Part shown: piece by piece, positions 13,258 to 26,239 of the stretch
Position numbering within the stretch: position 1 is the first letter of the stretch
Layout of the letters: every line of letters begins with the position of its first letter
Source: Protoeuglena noctilucae
Lineage: Eukaryota
Assembly (NCBI GenBank): GCA_958009085.1
Contig: OY253678.1
Location: forward strand, 310,001-374,000
DNA: 64,000 bases
Direction: 5' to 3'
The notes under the pieces: generated by a model
Databases searched by the model: none
What the model was told of the DNA's origin: nothing
What the model saw: only the letters and a program-made list of their open reading frames with translations
Translations under genes and position numbers: made by a program

Positions 13258-13944
13258 CTGCACGAACAGTGACGCGGGCGGCGCGACGTGGGCGGGACGG
13301 GGGGGGCGGTGACGGGGCGCGTCGGCACGCTGGCTCGAAGCGCGCGAGCCCGTCGCGATATCAAGGCACCCACGGACCTCAGACGCTCGCAATTTCGATA
13401 ACAAAGAGACTCGAGGGGTTCTCATGCCAAAGGCGAGGCCATTCGCGGTCCCGCGCCAAAGAATGGGGGCGCAGCAACGCTGGCTCGCTCCAGGCAGGCT
13501 ATGCGCGAGAGACCCCCCGTGACGCGCACAGCAAACGATCAATGCACGTATCAACCATGTGGGAAGATATCAAAGACCTGGGCGCTGTTGGCCAGCAAAA
13601 AATTTGAAACAAAAAGGACTCGCGTCTTTTTGTGCCGCGATGCCCCGCTCGGGCTGTCCAAGCGGCCAGCCGGTCAACCACCGAGTGACGTGTCACTGTC
13701 GGGCCGGGGGCCTGCACCCACCTCGGCCAATCGGTACACAGGCACGCTGGGGACGAGTTCGTAGCAACAGCTTCACTCCCCACCCGCTGCGCAGCCGCCA
13801 GAGCCGTCGATTCAGCGATGAGCAAGGTCGGTGGATATGATGCATATTCAAGGCGTGAATGCCCGGGAGGGCCCTCACAAATGGAAGCAGCGGCGGCGCC
13901 AGTGGGTCGTCCCCCAGTGACGGGCTGCCCATCCATCCAGCACG

Positions 13945-15791
13945 TCATGCTTCCGGAGACGCAGCAACTCGCTGAGATCGCTGCCGCAAGCGCGCCGCAG
14001 CCCTCGTCAGCCCGCTCGTTGCAGCCGCGTAAGCGCTGACGGGGATCCTCTCCGCACGGTTCTGAGGGCGCAGCCGAGGTCCGACGAGTCGATCGCCGAC
14101 GTGGACAAACGCCCCTGGATTGCGAGAGCCGTCCGGCCCCAGCCCTCGCTCGCACCTTTCCGTGAATCATGACCTGCGCCACCAGCGCGTCCTCCAGCAC
14201 CTCTTCCTCCCAGTCCTGCACCATGGACAGCGTGCTCAGCACGCCGTCCTCTTGGTACTGAGACCCGCGTCTCAAGAGCTCCATGTTGCACACGGGAGGC
14301 TCTGCGAGAGGAACGGCAGAGTGACGCAGAAGTGTCTTGCCACTGCTCTCCAAGAGCAGCTTCGTGACAGGAAGGGGACCAAAGGATTCCAATGCTGCAA
14401 CGGCGGCCTGTCTGAGCACATGCCAAACAACGCCAGCTGGCCTCACCCACACCGCTCGTCGGCAGCCTCTCTGCGAGCTCGACGATCGTGCGCGACACGA
14501 GGGAACTGTGCTGGAAGGTGCCCTCTTTCCACCACGGGCCTCTCAGTCCCGTCCCGGCATCCTCCGTCCCCGCGGCCACTGCCGACCCGCTCTCTGCCCC
14601 GCTGCTGCGAGGCCCCGTTGCGCCTTCCTGCGCAGGGACCCCCGCTGCCGCCTCCCCGTGCGCCGACTCGCCACTCTCGACGCCCGACGTGGACGCCACG
14701 GGGGTGGCGTCCAGATCTACACTGCCTTTGGCCAGGCTGGCAGCTTCCGGGAAATAGGCCCTCGCCAAGCCCGCGTCGTGCACCATCAGCGCCCACCGCC
14801 ACCACTCCCTGCAGCGGGTCGGACCGGTCTCCTCTCCCTGCGAGGCCTCGGCATTGTGCGTGGATGCCTCACACCCTCTTCCTGCTCACCTCTGCTCCTC
14901 CACAGGGTGCCAAAAGAAGTCCTTCATCGTCTGTAGCAACGACACCCGGTCCGTCACCTGCCGCATCTCCCACAGCTTGAACCTGCGGGTGTCGAGAGAG
15001 CGACGCACCAGCTTAGCTCAGCTACGCCTTACAGCGGCGCTGCTGAGACGTCCCGTGCCCAGTCTCGACCAATGCCCTGACCTGTGGGTGCCGAACGCCT
15101 TGGCGGGGTGGGGGAAGTCCTTCAGAGGTGTGACGAGCGCCACCGGTACATCTCTGCGGAAAAGGCCCAGCTCTCCTGATCGAGATGGGATGGACAGCCC
15201 GGAGAATGAGGGGGTCGTCGGGTCAGGGCCCCGGCCAATGCGCCCAATGCGCCCCGCCGCACCTCAAGATCGGGAAGCGCGCGAGAGCGTCCTTGACAAA
15301 CTTGTCCTCGGGAAACGCCGGCTTCCGAGTGCCCACGTTCGGCAAGCGCGGTCGACGCACCTCCACGCTCGCGTCGGCCGCCTCCAAGAGCCCTCTCTCC
15401 TGAACGCAGGGCGGGCCCGCGCAAGCCTCGCATCCACTCCTACCACTGCATCCCAGCCACCAGGGCCGCGCGCATACCAGCTCGACCGCAGGCCCCTCGC
15501 GCCGCCCCCACCTTGGCGGCCCTCGCCACCTCGCGGAGGATGAACTTGGGCGGGAACCTGCTCATCTCATCGGTCTATTCGACACCACAGAATAGATCGC
15601 CGTCCCAAGTGGAGCAGGAGATCAAGCGACCGAGACGGGGCAGTCCGGCCTGCCGTCCGCTCGTGTTGCACGCCCTCTGCGCTGTGTTGAGCGAGTGGCT
15701 GGCAGCCGGCAGCCGGCCTCGCATCCATCTCGAGACTGTGGTTGAGCTGGCCGACTATCCCTGACCAAGACGTGACTCGGGGCCCTGACAT
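13945..15791 (-). CDS. Hypothetical protein, possibly a divergent mitochondrial ribosomal protein mS23-like, multi-exon
   Basis: Phase-compatible exons give ...LLLHLGR|FPPK..., PAFPEDKFVKDALARFP and HPAKAFG, resembling the FPP / PED..V / A..FG motifs of mS23; remainder unrecognised. Confidence 0.45.
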
Positions 15792-15993
15792 CAGGATCCT
15801 GTCATGTCCCTCCGTTGCACGAATCGACTCAAAGGGTGTCGCGTCGTCTTACTCTCCTGCAAGGTACCGCGCAGGTTGGCAATCGGGCCCAGCAGTTCGT
15901 TGGCCGGCCCAAAAAGCGCCCGGAAATCGCTTGCGTGGGTTCCCAGGGCTCGCGGATACATCGTCGTCGCACGCAGCTGTTTTCGGGGTCGTG

Positions 15994-18723
15994 ATGGACG
16001 GGAACTCGGGGTGCGTGGTTCGGGTCGGCGATCCCTCGCCCGCGATGCTCTCCGCAGCAAGCTCAGGGGCCTTTTTGAGGCTCACCCGTTGTGGTCGTGC
16101 CTCCGGGGAACGGCCTGCGCGTGGCCCGCCCTTGGCGGGGGTTGTTATGACTTGGGAGCCGCGCCCACGCCAGCGGGCCCCTCTCTTTGTCACTCTCTCA
16201 GCCTCCGCGAGCTTGTTATGCACGTGGCGCTGACGCGGCGCACGGTGCTGGATCCCGGCCCGCGCCCTTTGACGGGGAGGGCCTGCGATGCGAGTGCCCC
16301 GCCTCGGCGTCCATTTCGACCGCGCGCGCCGCGGCCTGCGTCTGTTGGATGCTGCATCGGAGTATCGTGATGGTTGTCGATGTCGTGAGCTGTCCCTTCC
16401 CGCCGCAGGGGCGTCGGCCGCAGCCAGGCCGCAGCCCGACAAGTCAATGCGAGCCTGAGCTCCCGGGGCTTGGGCGCGGGCGGGGGGAGCGGCGGAGCGC
16501 CAGCTGGGGACATCCTTGGCGGTGGCGATAACTCGAGTCAGCTATCGGCGGCGGAGAGGATGCGTAGGCAGGTGACCAGTGGGGGGGACGGTGTCACGGG
16601 GTCCTCTGGCCTTTCTGCGCGATTTCCAAACGTTGCGGGGTCCTGCGTTGCAGAAGGAACTCGCGGCTCAGAAGAGGGCCAGCCGGCTGCAGGGGAACCT
16701 GGCCTCGGCGAACCCAATTGGGGGCAACACCATCCTGCCTGGGATGCCCATGTCGGCGCGGCCCGCCATGCCGCCGCCCATGGCCGCGCACGCCCAGGCG
16801 GCCCCAGCGCCTGGGAGGAGCGCCATCACCGCGATGGACGACGGGGGTGTGCCCTGGGCGTCGCCGGGGAGGCCTGGCTTTTCGAACGAGCTCAACAGCT
16901 CGATGAACGGCAGAGGTGCGAGCTGGTCGCGGATGTGGCGCGCAAGCGTGGCGATGCGCGCATCGCGCACGCAGCGAGTCGCCTTGCGGCGCAGGGGCGT
17001 TCGCCGACGCCGGGGCTTACGGCGGGGGCGCGACCGTGAGCGGCGTGCAGCAGGTTCAGCAGGGCATGGCGGGGATGAACGTGTCCGGGATGGGCCGCGC
17101 GGGGGAGGTGGACATCCAGGAGATCGACGATCTGGACGCGGCGCCGCTGCCGGCCCCCGTCCGTCGAGCGGAGGTGCCCGGACCCGCGCCGGTGAGCTGC
17201 ATGATACCCTGCCGACGGCTCGCGTGGCAGAGGTGGTCATCATCGTGATAAGATGTACGTAGGCGACTCAGCAGCTGGTTGGGAAAGCTATGGCACTGCC
17301 TGGTGACCGAGCAGATGCTCCTTCTCCCGCAGGCCGCGCCCCCGCTGCACACGCAAGGGTCGAGCGGGCTGTACAACACGCGCGCCGAGGTGCCGCAGGC
17401 GCCCGTGCAGACGTCCGACGCGACTCGGGCGCGAGGCATGCCCATGAGCCCGCCCGAGCCCAGCCCGCTCCGCCCCCAGCTCCCGCCGCCGGGGGCTCCG
17501 CACGCACTCATGACGGCGCGGTCGATGGACCGGCGGGACTCGGAAGAGGAAGGGGAGGGGGCCGCGGCTGTGCAGATGGCGCCGCACGAGCCGGGGAAGC
17601 CCGAGACGCCTCAGGTCCAGGTGCGTGCTGCAGGCCGCCCTCGTGCGCAGCCTTGGGTCCCGCCTGCCGGGGTCCCAGGGGTCAGCAGGGGTCCCCTCTT
17701 CTGACCCGCACGCGATGGCTTGCTTCCAGGTCCCCGTGCGCCAGTACATGGCCAACATGGAGAGCTTCCTGGGCAAACCCGCGCCCAAGGGCGCGCTGGT
17801 CAAGTGCTATATCATCCGCGACCGGGAGAAGAGTAAGACGCACCCGACGTACCGCCTGTACCTCTACGAGGACGACGGGTTCATGCTGGCGGCCGTCAAG
17901 CGCAAGCACAACCGGACGTCCAACTACATGATCTCGCTCGACGAGAACGACCTCATCCGCGAGAGCGACGCGTACTTCGGCAAGCTCCGGTCCAACTTCG
18001 TCGGCACGGAGTTCGTCATGTACGACAACGGCGTCAACCCGAAGAAGGTCGGGAAGAAGGGCTCCCTGGACGGCGTGCGCCGCGAGCTGGGCGTGGTGCT
18101 CTACCAGGCCAACCTGCTGGGCACCAAGGGCCCAAGGTGCGTGCCCAGGGCGCGGGGTGGTCACCCTCAACGTGCTGGGCGGCGAAGTGGGCGGGGGCGG
18201 GGCGTGCCCAAGCGTGGCTGAGCGCGGCCCCGCGCGCCCCTTGCCCGCAGGCAGATGACGGCCATCCTCCCGGCCGTGGACGACGACACGGCGCGCCCGG
18301 TCGACTTCCGGCCCATGACGGACAAGGACGGGCTGCTGCAGCACTACCGCCAGCACACGAGGTCGAAGGAGTGGATGAAGCTCGAGAACAAGAAGCCCAA
18401 GTGGAACGCGCAGGTGGGGGCGTACGTCCTGAACTTCAACGGGCGAGTGACGCTGCCGAGCATCAAGAACTTCCAGCTCATCACCGAGGCGGACGAGGAC
18501 TACATCATCCTCCAGTTCGGCAAGGTCGGCAAGGTGAGATGCAGAGCGTAGACATCTGGGCGTCCGCGCGCGCCCGCTGGGGACAGCCCCTGGTTACACG
18601 AGGGCCCCTCGTGTCATTGGCGCGCAGGACGCCTTCACCATGGACTTCCAGTACCCGATTTCGGCCCTCCAAGCCTTCGCCATATGCTTGTCGTCGTTCG
18701 ACAAGAAGCTCGCGTGCGAGTAG
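15994..18723 (+). CDS. Tubby-like protein (Tub domain, no F-box seen)
   Basis: [44 protein letters not shown]...[35 protein letters not shown], terminal FDKKLACE*; exon 1 MDGNSG joins 16409 in phase. Confidence 0.95.
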
Positions 18724-19295
18724 CCGGCGTTAGCTACTCGCGATCTTTTTGGCAGGCTGCCCGCAATGTCCGCTCGCGGGATCGCGTGCGGCCGGCAGTC
18801 AACGCCGGGAGTCTGACTGGTCGCTGTTTCTTCGTTGCCCGCCCCGCGTGTTTGGATCGAGTTGCCGCTTGGCATTCTTAGTCGGCAGGGGCGCCGGGAC
18901 AGCGCAGGCACAACCAGAGTCTTCCTCTGCGGATTACAGAGGTCAGTCCCGTCGCAGGGGCGAGCGAGACATGGCGAAATCCCTGCTGTGGCTCCTGAAG
19001 AGCGTCCCTAAGCCCTCGGCGCGACCCCCCTGGCCTGCCTGTGCCTGCTGAATGGCGCTGAACCGCCCCCACCTTGAACGCGTCGCCCCTGCGCAACACG
19101 GGGCAGGCATCGCGTGTTCCCTGCATACCCCGATCGCGTAACCTTACCATGACTCGGCTCTGTGCGCGGATACCGCACCTGGCCCCTCCGACGGACGTCT
19201 CCCATCTGGTCGCAGGGTCTGTGACCGAGTCTACCCCTTGGCGTCGTTGTTTCTCCAGCGGCCGCGTCGCTTCATGACGACGTCGCCCAGCTTCA

Positions 19296-22200
19296 ATGAG
19301 CGCCGATGAAGCGGAGCTTCGCTCCGCGCTGGATGCCGCGCGAAAGGTGCGTGGATGGGATGGCATGTTGGGCGCCCTGGGCCGCCAGCGCGCGCCCGCC
19401 GTCGACCCCTGTCCCTCGCTATCGAATAACATTGCTTGGATGGTCGAAGCGGCGCTGCCTAGCTCACGACAGCGTGCGTGTCGCGCGCAGGAGCGGGACG
19501 ATGCCGTGGCCCAGGTGGCTCAACTTCAGCAGGAAAACGCGCGGCTGGACGGGGAGCTCGAGGTTACCATGATGAAAATGCGAGAGCTGCAGGCCGACGC
19601 CGCCGAGTCTGCAGGTCCGTCCGCGGCGAGGGCCGGCGCCGGGCGTCTTGGACGTGGTAGCGCCCGAGGATCGCGGCTGGGGATGCGAGCGCCGCAATGC
19701 AGCAGTGAGCAACATGCCATATCCTCGTATGCTCGGCCGCAGAGGAGCTGGAGCGGCTGCGAGACCAGAACGACGTGCTCACGGCCGAGGTGCGAAGGCT
19801 GAAGGACGCTGAGGGCGGCGACCCTGGCCGCAAAGACGAGCAGGTCGAGGCGCTGATGAGCGAGTGCCAGCAGCTCCGCCAGCAGGTGGCAGGTGACTAC
19901 CTCTGCAGTGCGGCAGCACGCTTGGGCAATGGCACAGGCAGTCGCCCCGCCATCACTGCATGCCCTCTCGCATTGCGTTCCCCAGAGGCCGAGAGCAGCT
20001 GGAAGCGGGCGCTGGGCGAGCTGTCGGCGGCGCAGGAGCGCATCCGGGAAGCGGAGGAGTACGAGAAAGCCCTGACCACGGAGCTGATGGACTCACAGCG
20101 CCGGCAGCGGGACGGCGCGTCATTGAAGGACGGGCCCACGAGCGGCCGCGTGAGGCCGCAGCGCGCCTGCAGTCACGCCGCTGCTTTCCAGGCTACCCGA
20201 TGCGACGGCCTCGGCCCCCCGAGTCCCGCCTGCAGATGTCGGGGTCTCAGGACGGAGCGCGGGTGCAGGAGCTGCGCACCCTGGTCGAGCAGCTGCAGGA
20301 GGAGCTGGTGGCGGTGAAGGACGAAGCCGCAACGTCCGAGGCGAAGCTCCGGGAGGAGAACGCCGCGCTGCGGGAGGCCCTGTCTGCGGCGGGGACGGCG
20401 AAGTCCGAGCGCCTGCCGCCGCCGCCGCCCCTCGCGGCCCCGGTGCCGCTCGACCGGCCCTTCAAGACGAGCTACGAGGCGGACGGGGAGCCGCCCGGGT
20501 CGGTGCGCATGGCGGCGCCGGCGCCCGTCATGCCCGTGCCTTCCGCGCAGTCCCGCGCCAGCAAGCCCGAGAGCAAGCCCGAGAGCAAGGTTTCCCCACG
20601 CGCGCCTGGCGCTGGGATGGCGCTGCCCCTCGGCTTCCTGCCTGGGGACTCGAGGGACGCCGGCAGCCTGACCGCCGAGGGCGTCTGGAAAGGGATCTCC
20701 GCCACGGAGCCGCCCCCGCTGCCCGACATCGGCGCCGACCCCGCCTTCGAGGTCAACAGCCGCCCGGCGTCGTCCCACAGCTGGGAGCGCAACCTCGGCG
20801 GGGACTCGGACCTCGACCTCGAGGAGTTCCAGGTGAGGGAGGAGTTTACTGGCAGGGTTTTCTGGCAAGCGCGCCACAAGAGGTGTGACTGGTAGTTTGA
20901 TGAGAAATGGTGCGCCAACGAGTTGACCGCGGGACGCTCGGGCGCCGCAGGTGGACGAGGAACAGGTGGAGGCGGCGCGCAAGATCCAAGCTATGGTGCG
21001 TGGGTTCTCGACACGCCAGAGACTCGCCAACGAGGGCAAGGTCGTCAAGACCGGCAAGGCGGGTCGCAAGCCTGCGGCAAAGGAGGCCGAGGGCGGCAAG
21101 CGGGGCGAAGCGCTGCCGGAGGAAGAGCCAGAGCCAGAGAAGCAGGCCGCTGCGGATGCGGAGGCTGCACGAGACTCCGGTGCGCAGACCTCAACCCAGC
21201 CGGTCCAGGCAGTGGCCCCCAGCAAGTCGAGCCGGACGCGCATGTGGAGCGAGCCGGCCACCGCAACCGGCCGCCCCACGGCCACCCCCGCCTCGTCCGC
21301 GCGCGCCCTCCCCGGCGTGTCGCTGCCACCGGCGGCCCCGGCGACCGCCGCGCCTCCCAGCGGCCCCGCGGATGGCCTCGACGCCGCAGCTCTGGCGCAG
21401 CGGGTGCAGGAGCTCGAGAAGGAGCTGGCGCAGGTGCAGGGGTACGTGGCGGAAGCGGAGGCTTACATGGACGGCCAGGTGTCCGACATGGCGGACCTGC
21501 AGCAGGTGCTGAGCAAGCTGCGGGTCGAGAACGGCGTGCTGCGCGACAAGGTGGAGCGCGCCCGTGCCAGTGCCGCGGACCACGAGCGGCGGGCGAAGGA
21601 GCTGGAGGGTGGCAGTGCGGCCCGGCATGAGGCCGCCTCCGGTGGGGATGCGGGGGTGTCGGACGAGGAGGTGGCGCGGCTGAGGGCCCGCGTGACTGAG
21701 CTGGAGTCGGACATGGCGCACGCCAAGCGCTACGTGTCGGAGATGGAGGCTTACATCGAGTCACAGGCCGCCGACGCGGCCGAGCTGCACCAGGCGATGG
21801 GCCGGCTGCGGGTGGAGGCGGGCAAGAACAACGAGCGGCTGCACCGTCACTAGACCCACGGGGCGGCCGCGAAGGAGCAGCTGGCGGAGCGCGACGCGGC
21901 GCTGGAGCAGACGCGGCGGGCGCTGGCGGAGAGGGAGGGCGAGCTGCGCGCGGCCCAGGAGGCGCTCGACGAGGCGCGGCGGGGCGTGCAGGCGGCGGGG
22001 TCGGCGCCGGGCGCGGACGGCGACGAGGAGCGGCAGGCGCTCGAGGAGCTGCGGCGGGAGGTGGAAGTGGCGCAAGAGGCGCTCGACCGTCAGCGGGCGG
22101 CGTTTGACGTCGCCAAGGACGCGATGGAGGCGGAGCGGCGGGAGGTGGAGGCGCGGCACGCGGCGGAGCTGCAGGCCGCGAAAGAGGCCCTGGCGGAGGC

Positions 22201-25200
22201 GCGTAGGGAGCTGGGCGAGGTCCAGGGAGCGGGGGCCGAAGGCGACCGGGCGTCCATGGAGGAGCTGCGGCGCGAGGTGGCAGCGGCGCAGGAGGCTCTG
22301 GACCGGCAGCGGGTGGCGCTGGCGGAGGCGAGGGAGGCGCTGGAGGCTGAGCGCCGCGAGATGGAGGCGACGAAGGACGCGAAGGGCGCACCGTCGGGGG
22401 CGGCTGACGGCGGCGCGGATGAGGCAGCGCTGGAACAACTGCGACGGGAGGTGGCGGCGGCAAGGAAGGCGGTGGCGGAGGAGAGGGCGGCGTTGGATGC
22501 GGAGCGGCAGGCGCTGGAGGCTGCGCGTGAGACTGGCGACGACGGCGGACGCGCTTCTCTGGAAGAGTTGCGGCGGGAGGTTGCGGCAGCTCAAGAGGCG
22601 CTGGACAGGCAGCGGGCGGCGTTCGATGCCGCCAAGGACGCGATGGAGGCGGAGCGGAGGGAGGTGGAGGCGCAGCGAGAGCGGGCCCGGTCGGCTGCCC
22701 TGTCCGGGGAGGGCGGCGACGCGGCAGCGCTGGATGAGCTGCGTCGCGAGGTGGCGGCGGGCCGGGAGGCCCTGGCCCGGCAGCGGGACGCCCTGGCGGA
22801 GGAACGTGCAGCGCTGGAGGCCGAGCGGGCCGCCCTGGAGGCCGGGCGCGGGAACGGCGGCGACGATGGCCGGGCTTCCCTGGAGGATCTGCAGCGCGAG
22901 GTGTCGGCGGCGCAGGAGGCGCTGGACCGGCAACGCGTGGCCTTGACGGAGGCGAAGGAGGCGTGGGACGTGGAGCGGAGAGCGGCGGAGGCGGCCCTGG
23001 AGGAGAGCAGGGCGGCGGTGGACGTGCTCCGGGCTCAGGTGTCGAGCGAGCAGGAGGCGTTGGACCGGCAGAGGGAGGCGCTGGAGGTGGCGAGGGAGGC
23101 GATGCAGGCGGACAAGGGCCGGGAGTCGGCGGGGGCGGGAGGGGGCGCGACGTCCGCGGAGCGCGATGCTGCGGTGCAGGAGGCCCGCGAGGCGACGAAG
23201 CGCATCGGGGCGCTGTCGCGGGTGCTGGGGACGGCGGCGACGGCCGTGGCGACGCTGGCGGCCGAGGCGGCGGCCGCGGTGGGGACGACGGTGCAGCTGC
23301 CGGGGTCGGACGACTCCGAGGCGCTGCACGGGGCGGCCATCGCGTCCCTGCGCGCGTCCGTGCGGCAGGTCGTGGCCGCCAAGGCAGCCGCGGAGTCGGC
23401 GCACCAGGGCGTCGCGGCGGACCTCGAGGCTGCCCGCGCCAATCAGGCGGAGTTGGAGCGAGACCTCGCCGCGAACCGCCGGGCGCTGCAGAGCACCGTC
23501 ACTGCGCTGCACCGGGCGGCGAAGCAAGGCGAGTCGTGCTCGCAGGCGGTGTTGGCGCTTTGTGGCCCTCGGTCTGTGTGCATTGGGTGCACTGCCATGC
23601 CACGGTGCAAGTTGTCGTGAGCGTGTCTTCAAGTGCCGTGCCCTCGCAGATGAAGCCGAGCAGACGGCCCAGGGCGGGGAGTCGGCGCTGGTGGCGGCGC
23701 AGTGCCGCGCGGAGCGACTGGAGCTCGAAGTCGAGGGCCTGCGCTCCAAGCTGGTCGACGCAGTGTCAGGTGTGGCAGCCTTGTGCTGGCGTGGTTTCGT
23801 GCTTTGCTCATGAGAACTGAGAATGAGCAGGGAGGAATCCTCAGACCTGCCCTGCCCTGCTTGTATGGTTATGTGCGGGTCCATCACTGTGAGCCTGCAA
23901 GCGAGGCCCCCTTTCGCCACCGTCGCCCGCAGCCCGCGACCGGGCGGTGGGGGAGGTGGAGTCCGCGACGCACGGCCGCATGCAGGCGGAGAAGGCGGCC
24001 GAGGCGCTGCAGCAGCAGCTGGGGGAGACCCTGGAGCGACTGGCCAAGGAGACGGAGCGGGCGGAGGAGATGGCCAAGAAGGCCGAGGGCGTGCGCGCCG
24101 AGGCACGGAGGAGCACGCGCGGCTCCGCGCCCAACGGAGCGCCCGTCCTCCGCACGGAGTCGTCGGACGCGTCCGTGGCGCCGCCTGCGGAGGACGCGGC
24201 AGCCGCGGGGCCGGCGGGCGGGGCCACCGGGGGCTCCCCGCCGGCCAAGAAGCCGACGAGGCCGTCCGGGGACCGCGCGGCGAGCGGGCGCGCCCCCGCG
24301 ACGGCGCGCCGGGCCGCCCACGGCGGGGAGAAGCCCGCGGGTGCGTCGGACGAAGCGGACGACAAGGTGGACGGCGGGGGCAGCGGCCCCCGGATCGGCC
24401 TGGCGCAGATCGAGGCGATGATGGACGCGGCGGTCGAGAACGAGGCGCGGTCGCGGCGGCAGGCCGAGCGCGAGGCCGCGAACCTGATGACCGCCTTTGA
24501 CGATCTGTTCCGGGAGGTGTTGCTGGTCGGGGACGCGGCCAGCGAGTGGCTGGGGCGCGCGGACCGCGGCAAGGCGTGCGCGGACCTGCGCCGCGCGATC
24601 GAGGTGCAGGTGAGGCCAACAGCGAGGGTTTGGAGGAGGTGTGCTGACGGTGGGTGCAGGGTGGGCTGAGGCGATGGCTCTGGCATGTCCGTGTGTCGCT
24701 GCAGGTCGGCCGGGCCTTCGACGCGCGCGTGGTGGCAGTGGAGGACCGTTTGAAGGGCGCTTTGGACGAGACGGACCGCATGAGGAAGGAGATGGCGGAG
24801 CTGCACGACCTGGCCGGAGTGCGGGCGCGGGAGCTGGCCAGCGCCCACCAGGAGGCCGCGGACCTCCGGACGTCCATGGTCCGGTTCCAGAAGGACCTGG
24901 AGGCGCGGCACGCGGAGGCCACGCTCAAGCTGCACAAGAAGCTCAAGGCGGCGCTGCGGGGCTGGCGGGAGAGCGACGCGGCCCTCACGCGGTCCGAGGC
25001 GAGGGGCGGGGGGGAAGCTTGGCATGCGAATGGGACACCTGGGATGGAGAGCAATGCGGGTTTGTTCTTTCCCTCTCTCTGTGACCTCTGACCGTGACAC
25101 TCTGACCACGACCGCGCAGGCTCTGCTGGACGAGTGCCGGGAGGAGTGCCAGGTGCTGTGGGAGCGCATCAGCTTGATGGAGTCCATGATGCCGTCCGCG

Positions 25201-26230
25201 GCAGTGGGACACGCGGTGCCGAACTGGCAGATGCCCGCCGCCGCCATTGCCGCCTCGCAGACCAAGACACGGCGCAAGGTGCGCAGCGATGGGCTAGACG
25301 CCGCTGCCCCAAGCTCCTGAATTCGACTCCATTACTGACAACCGCACTCGCTCGCCCCGTCCCCCGCAGTCGACCAAGGTCGTCGCCGCGGCCCCCGAGC
25401 AGGCGGTGACCGGGACAGGCCCAGACGTGAGTCTCTTTGTATCCGTGGCGATGACGTTTCACAGAGACTCGAGTATGAGGAAGCAGCACGCCCACCTCTC
25501 TCCTCGCCCGCAGTCGCCGTACGCCCAGCCCGTCTTCTCCCGGGCCTCGTCCGTGGCACAGGCGGAGTCCCAGGGCCACTCTCGCGCCGACAAGGCGGGG
25601 GCGGGCGCCCCGCGCCCGGCGTGGAGCGCGACCCAGTCGCAGAGCCGCGGCGCGTCGCCCCCCCGGGCCCAGACGGTCCGCTACGCTGCCAACGACCCGC
25701 TGGTCGCCGAGCGCCGCCGCGCCCAGGAGCTGCGGTACATGCTGCAGGAGCTGGAGGCGGAGGCGGAGGCCATCCGGGAGGACGCGACGCTGCGGGCGTC
25801 CGCTTCGTCGCCGCGGCGCATGGCCCGGCCCAAGACGGCGACGGCCCGCACCGAGTCGGCGGGCGGGGCGGCGGGGAGGGTCGCGTCCCAGGTCCACAGC
25901 AACGCGGAGCTGCGGCCGGGCACCCGCAAGCCACGCCCCCGGAGCGCGGTGGTGCCCAAGAGCGTCAGCGCCACCCCGGCACGCGGCGCGGGGGCGGGGG
26001 CGGGTGTTGACGCGGACCCTGCCGCGTCCGGACGGACCCGGCTGTCGAGGGGCGCGGGGGCGTCCGCGGAGGGCAACGGCATGCACATGGTGGCGCCGGG
26101 CGCCGTCAGCGTGGTGCGGGGGCCCAAGGACGGGACGTACGTCGTGCGCGAGGAGGGGCAGGACGTGGGCAGGCGGGCCCCGTTCGTGGAGCAGGGCTAC
26201 GGGCGGAGGCAGGTCGCCCCCGCGCCTTAG
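19296..26230 (+). CDS. Very large coiled-coil protein with one IQ motif and internal repeats, multi-exon; in-frame TAG at 21851-21853
   Basis: IQ motif AARKIQAMVRGFSTRQRL near 20970-21025; E/A/R/L-rich heptad exons linked by phase-compatible introns; no family recognised. Confidence 0.7.
22031..23113 (+). repeat. About 7 tandem coding repeats of 45-60 aa (consensus RASLEELRREVAAAQEALDRQRxAxxxAxxAxEAERR) with Gly-rich linkers
   Basis: Visible in ORF 21986-23620 and as recurring GCGCGAGGTGGCGGCGG / CAGGAGGCGCTGGACCGGCAG DNA. Confidence 0.9.
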
Positions 26231-26239
26231 ATGCCCCCG

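Noticed and set aside
21761..25054. 1097-aa antisense ORF and other very long shadow ORFs (e.g. 1212-3701)
   Set aside because: Expected artefact of very high GC opposite coiled-coil exons; low-complexity R/P/A/S translations with no motifs
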